This document shows positions 59,750-64,000 of a stretch of 64,000 nt of DNA, piece by piece. Position numbers and translations under genes: made by a program. Source of the stretch: Mycoplasmoidaceae bacterium (GTDB taxonomy: Bacteria > Bacillota_I > Bacilli_A > Mycoplasmatales > Mycoplasmoidaceae); NCBI GenBank assembly GCA_045641165.1, contig JAZUGL010000009.1, positions 12,845 through 76,844 of the forward strand. Reading direction: 5' to 3'. Position 1 is the first letter of the stretch, and the number at the start of each line of letters is the position of its first letter. The notes beneath the pieces were generated by a model. It was given only the letters and a program-made list of their open reading frames with translations. It had not been told where the DNA came from and did no database searches.

Positions 59750-60199
59750 ATGGAAAAACAAATTAATTCCAAAGCTAGTTTTAACAAACTCCTAAAAGGT
59801 ATAATTGCATGTACATCAATTTCATTAGGACTTGTTGTGGTTACCACAATTTTAGTGTTTGCGTTTGGAGCAAGCATCGCTTTTATTCCTGATCCAGACC
59901 CACAACCACTTTCTGACTTGATGTTTGCTTTATTTTGCGTTGTGGGCGTGTTATCTATAGTTGAACTAGCTAACGACATAGCATTAGCTATATTTGCGAT
60001 TATTTCGATGGTACGTGTTGGTGAAGTTAAACAAATCAACGCTAACAACTTTAGGTTAACCTTTGGTTTATTGCTTGGTTTCTTTGTTTTATTCATGATT
60101 TTGAGTAATTTCTTTAATGTGTTTTCCTTCTTTCAACTAATAACTATCATCTTGCTTTTAGTCTTTGCCGTAGTCTATAAAAACAAGCTAAAACAATAA
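59750..60199 (+). CDS. Hypothetical membrane protein (4 TM)
   Basis: 149 aa uninterrupted ORF, strongly hydrophobic, with no recognisable family. Confidence 0.5.
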   Translation: MEKQINSKASFNKLLKGIIACTSISLGLVVVTTILVFAFGASIAFIPDPDPQPLSDLMFALFCVVGVLSIVELANDIALAIFAIISMVRVGEVKQINANNFRLTFGLLLGFFVLFMILSNFFNVFSFFQLITIILLLVFAVVYKNKLKQ

Positions 60200-60200
60200 A

Positions 60201-60220
60201 ACAGGGATTAACCTGTTTTT
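60201..60220 (+). terminator. Terminator hairpin after the 59750..60199 gene
   Basis: acagg-gattaa-cctgt followed by TTTTTATTTTT. Confidence 0.5.
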
Positions 60221-60253
60221 ATTTTTGCTATATAATAAGTTGACCACGTAAAT

Positions 60254-60649
60254 GGGGATGTATCGTGGATTCGACGTTTATCATATCCGATTTAAGTGGC
60301 AGTGGGGTTTGCCCCTTATAGCTCAAGACTGTCAACGTGCAGATTCAGAACAAGCTAACGTAGAAAAAGCTTTCTACGCTAACAAACTTCAACAAATTAA
60401 CTACAACCTAGCATTAGCTTAGTTTAGTTAAGCAGTAATAAACAATTTGTTGTTTCTAGTCTATTACTTAATGTAAAGCAACATATCTATTGATGCTAAT
60501 AAAGTAGACGTATTCCCCAAATTAGCTATTGCTATACCGTGTTGTTTTGATACACAAGAGTATAGTTGAAGCTCAAAATCAAAACTAAACTGTAGAAACT
60601 TATTTTGGGTGATAGATGGAAGTGGGTTCGATTCCCACCATCTCCACCA
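60254..60649 (+). ncRNA. ssrA: tmRNA (SsrA)
   Basis: The 5' GGGGATGTATCGTGGATTCGACG and the 3' GGTTCGATTCCCACCATCTCCACCA form the tRNA-like acceptor/T-arm. The internal tag reading frame is 60339..60422, encoding (A)DSEQANVEKAFYANKLQQINYNLALA followed by TAG. Confidence 0.9.
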
Positions 60650-60659
60650 TGTTAACAAA

Positions 60660-60688
60660 GTCAACCAAATGGTTGGCTTTTTGTTTTT
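60660..60688 (+). terminator. Rho-independent terminator after ssrA
   Basis: gtcaacc-aaat-ggttggc (7-bp stem including one G-U pair) followed by TTTTTGTTTTT. Confidence 0.6.
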
Positions 60689-60699
60689 ATAATATATGT

Positions 60700-62466
60700 A
60701 TGTTTCAATCCGGGTTAACAATTAACAACTTTTATGCTTTTCTTATAGAACTAGCACTTAGTGGTTTATTTTTGGTGTTATTTGGATCAATCCATTACAA
60801 CGTATCCAAAAATAAAAAGATTGAAGTTAAACTTGAAAGTAAAAAAAACTTTAAATTTATTTACTTTCTTATTTTTGGGGTCTTGTTGTCTTCCTTTGCC
60901 TTTTTGCTTTCCCAATTATTAACCGTTACTATAGACACAAACATAGGTTTACCTATGGTGATTTTGGGCTTAGTTTTTGCTATGAGTTTCTTTTATAGCA
61001 GCGCGGTTCAGGTGGGGGCAATCATTCCCTCTATCTTTTGGGTTTTGATTGAATCTGGAGCATTTAAATCACTAAATACGGCATGTTTGGTTCGTTTGAT
61101 TGCTGTTTGTGTTCTTGCTTTGATCTCACTAATAGTTGGGCTTTTTAAAGAAAAGAAGTGGTTAATATTTATATTAGGCGTTATTGCGTTCTTGGGTGCA
61201 TACATAATTTTAATAGTTTGAACAGGCATAGATAACCCAGAGGTGTATATTGTTGAGGCATTTGTTGGTGCATTAGTATCAGCTTTGTTCTTTGCTATAT
61301 GCAAATCTTTCAATAAAATGCTTTTGAATATTTCTAAAATATCTAGCCGAGCTACATATATGGATAAGCACTTTTTGGTGCCTTCATTAATTAATGAAAT
61401 GTTTACTCATTTTGCTAGGAAAAACCCTTCTCAGCAAATTCTTGTTTGTACAATAGACGATTCAAAAATAAGAAACCCTCAAGTTAAAGCAAAGCTTGGT
61501 GACTATCTATATAACGTACTACGTAGAGAAAAAACCCTACTATTTAAAACACCTGAAAACTATTTTGCCTTTGCTTTAGCAAATGAACAATATTTTATTT
61601 CTGATCTTAACTTTTCTTATAAAGGAAATTTGCTAACTAGAAGAAACACAAAAGATAGTCTTTCTAATTTAGAAAAGCTTTTATTAGAATTGCCAAGCGA
61701 AGTGGCAAATAACATAAAATGTTACACTAGTGTTTATGGTGTTCACAGTTATGATGTAAATGAACTAATTTGATTTAATCAGTTCATGATTAAAAACGAA
61801 GACCTATTGCGCTCTAATATTATTAAACTTTTCAATAGCAATATGATAAATCATATTAAAAATGACAGAATCAGTTATGCTGCACTTGTTAGCCAAGCCA
61901 ACCTAGAAGAGTTTGATGTTGAATTAGAAAAAATTCGATTTAACAACGATAAAGAAATATATATTTGTCCACGCTTTTATTGGACTAAAAAATTAACATG
62001 TGACTTTCATAGAATTATGGCACACTTTGACAATCAAACCGCTAATACACTTTTAAGACACTTAGCAATTAAATCTATTGAACTATATGAAAGTTCTGAG
62101 TATAAAGGGCAATATAAATTATTAATTTATTACCCCATTGGTGAGCTAACTTCTGCTTTCTTTTCTATTAATAACATTATTAATAAGCTTAGGCTTTATG
62201 GCCTAAATACTAGTGATGTAATTTTTGGTTTTAGTTGTAGACAAGTTAGCACTTGGCAACCAAGCGTTATAAGACACTTAAAGAAATTTGAAGAAAGAAA
62301 TATGCAATATTTCCTCACAGATTTAGTTAGTGTTTCAGCGTTATCAATTTTAAAACCAAAAATAGTTATTTTTGATCAATCAGTCTTGCCAAGTAAAACC
62401 CAACTTAAAAAATTCTTACAATTTGCTAAGCAACACAACCAAAACGTTTTAGTTAGTAGTAGATAA
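60700..62466 (+). CDS. Membrane protein (588 aa) with an N-terminal ~6-TM domain and a cytoplasmic region resembling a degenerate GGDEF-like plus EAL-like tandem
   Basis: Track ORFs 60616.., 61243.. and 61786.. share one frame and are joined by TGA. The start is set at the ATG at 60700, after the ssrA terminator. The middle region has a GGDEF-like layout without GGDEF (LVCTIDDSK...LGDYLYNVL...ENYFAFAL). The C-terminal region has an EAL-like layout with most catalytic residues replaced (VELEKIRF, YFLTDLVSVSALSILKPKIVIFDQSV). Confidence 0.3.
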
Positions 62467-62508
62467 TACATAAAACATTAATTTATAAGTTAAAATAATA
62501 TTACTTGT

Positions 62509-62598
62509 GGAAACGTACTCAAGAGGTTAAGAGGACACCCTGCTAAGGTGTTAGATCGGGTTTCCGGTGCATGGGTTCGATTCCCATCGTTTCCGCCA
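62509..62598 (+). tRNA. tRNA-Ser (anticodon GCU), CCA encoded
   Basis: Acceptor stem ggaaacg/cgtttcc, anticodon loop ctGCTaa, a long variable arm, a T-arm ggttcgattcc, and a 3' gcca. Confidence 0.9.
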
Positions 62599-62608
62599 TT
62601 AAAAAAAA

Positions 62609-62630
62609 CAGACTCAAATGAGTCTGCTTT
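62609..62630. terminator. Bidirectional terminator
   Basis: cagactc-aaat-gagtctg flanked by A8 and T5. It lies between the tRNA-Ser (+) and the convergent membrane-protein gene (-). Confidence 0.8.
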
Positions 62631-63362
62631 TTATTTTAAGAAACTTGTTAATACAAGTAGCTTATCTCCACCCCATTGCATTCATTCAGATATTGGGTAG
62701 ATCATTACTACTATTCCAATAATGAAACACAAAAGAGAAAAAGCAGCAGAGATTCAAAAGAAATAGTGGAACATCTTTGATGAATATACTTGGTTAATAC
62801 CAATAAATCATGTGGTTAATAAATATATTAATGGTATAAAACAAGGGAACAAACTAATTCAATGGAAGACAATTCCAGCTTTTAAACATCTTTGGAATGC
62901 AGGAAAACACATTGGCCCTTCTAAAGTTCAACCAATATATTTACTAAATTTACCAATTACAACAGCTGAAGCAGCTATGATTATGAACATAAATACTATT
63001 TCTAGTATTCAAGTAATAGTTAAACCCTTCTTATTTCTAAGCAACAAACCAACTTTTTCACCAAATTTAGTTTTAGATTTATCTCAGTCTTTTCTTGTTT
63101 TGCTAAAACGTTCAAAATCAACTTTTTCTTTAGAAGCCTGTTCAACAACTTGAGCATTAACATCTAATCTAACTTGGTTAAGTTGTTCTTGGGAATTAAC
63201 TGTATTTGCAAAAGAACCAAGGTTCTTGTTGATGTCATCAACACCAGCAGAACCAAAATCCTTTAAAAGGTCTTTGGTTTCTTGTTTTATTTGTTCTTTT
63301 GTTGTTCCATCAGAAACAGCACCAGAACTATTTTCTTGGTTGTTATCTTTTTGATCAGCCAT
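62631..63362 (-). CDS. Hypothetical membrane protein (243 aa) with a polar, low-complexity N-terminus and about 4 TM helices
   Basis: The frame is continuous from the ATG at 63362 to the TAA at 62631 through about 7 TGA codons. Confidence 0.55.
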
Positions 63363-63382
63363 ATATAGTTAAAATATTATAT

Positions 63383-63736
63383 TTATTTATTGTCTTTTTT
63401 ATGAATTTCTTTAATAAGTTTTTCTACTTCTATAGATTGATCTATAGACCTGTCTTTTTCAAAGATTAATTCAGGGATTTTTCTGATTGCAAGTTGTTTT
63501 GCTAAAGCTGTTTTGAAAACACCCTGTGCTTTTTTACACATTTCAACAACTTCATCAATTTTACTACGATCATAAGTGTCAACAAATATTGTTGCTTGTG
63601 AATAATCATTAGTTAACCTAATATCTGTAAAAGTAGCTAATTTAACTACAGGGTCATAAATCTCTTCTTTTAGAGTATTACATAATATGATTAACATATT
63701 TTGTTGTGTTCTGTCGTGATGAAAATTATTATGCAT
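63383..63736 (-). CDS. rbfA: Ribosome-binding factor A
   Basis: 117 aa. A KH-like RbfA pattern (TDIRLTNDYSQATIFVD, ...LAIRKIPEL.F..D). Confidence 0.85.
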   Translation of the reverse strand: MHNNFHHDRTQQNMLIILCNTLKEEIYDPVVKLATFTDIRLTNDYSQATIFVDTYDRSKIDEVVEMCKKAQGVFKTALAKQLAIRKIPELIFEKDRSIDQSIEVEKLIKEIHKKDNK

Positions 63737-63826
63737 TTGTTTCTACTTTATACACATTATATGTGTAAAATTATGTCTTGATATATTAGCGATCCAATAT
63801 ATAATTTTATAGAAAGGAAAAAATAA

Positions 63827-64000
63827 ATGAAAAATAAAAAATCGTTAAATAAACTACTATCCGGAATCGGAATGATTGGTGCAGTTATGGTACTATTATA
63901 TGGATTCTGTGTTATGATCCAATTATCAACAGGAGATCCAGCTCATTTCTGAGAGGGTGAAATTAATTGGAGCGCAGCAGGCATAATTCTAGCCTTTGCA
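63827..64000 (+). CDS. Hypothetical membrane/secreted protein, 5' part only (continues beyond the window)
   Basis: ATG at 63827 follows a GGAAAAAATAA spacer. MKNKKSLNKLLSGIGMIGAVMVLLYGF is a signal/TM-like N-terminus. Confidence 0.4.

Noticed and set aside
60464-60721. An 85-aa minus-strand ORF, plus the first 28 codons of the + ORF at 60616.
   Set aside because: - Both overlap the tmRNA gene body and its terminator.
- The real downstream CDS most plausibly starts at the ATG at 60700, after the terminator.

Overview
This is an AT-rich Mollicutes (Mycoplasma-type) chromosomal window. It reads coherently only with genetic code 4 (TGA = Trp): nearly every long gene appears in the ORF track as 2-8 same-frame fragments separated only by TGA. 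After joining the fragments I count about 58 protein genes, one tmRNA and one tRNA-Ser(GCU). I see no rRNA, CRISPR array, transposase/IS or prophage genes. The window spans the replication-origin region (rpmH-rnpA-yidC <- | -> dnaA-[DnaA boxes]-dnaN). The content is mostly core housekeeping: RNase R, secG, recO, era, ybeY, rsmI, recR, dnaG, glyQS, ftsH, apt, a SecDF-like protein, hisS, aspS, mutM, coaD, rplK-rplA, pth, tdk, ychF, fba, rpoE, gltX, rsmA, secA, uvrB, hpt, gyrB-gyrA and rbfA. The most unusual item is the class III ribonucleotide reductase. The nrdD body (647 aa) stops in the middle of its C-terminal zinc ribbon, nrdG follows, and a separate 66-aa ORF then encodes the second Cys pair plus the glycyl-radical motif (RITGYL). 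This looks like a two-piece NrdD with a detached glycyl-radical module. Other points worth checking: a membrane protein whose cytoplasmic part resembles a degenerate GGDEF-EAL tandem; dispersed ispD/ispE/ispF genes; a small sigma-70-like gene convergent with dnaN next to oriC; an F420-ligase (CofE)-family gene; PduL and UPF0371 genes; a 1682-aa FtsX-type ABC permease whose ATPase carries a ~245-aa N-terminal extension; recurring 11-nt ATGNNAAATAA gene overlaps; and two short repeat/palindrome clusters in promoter regions. All product calls come from reading the translated sequences for motifs. No database search was run.
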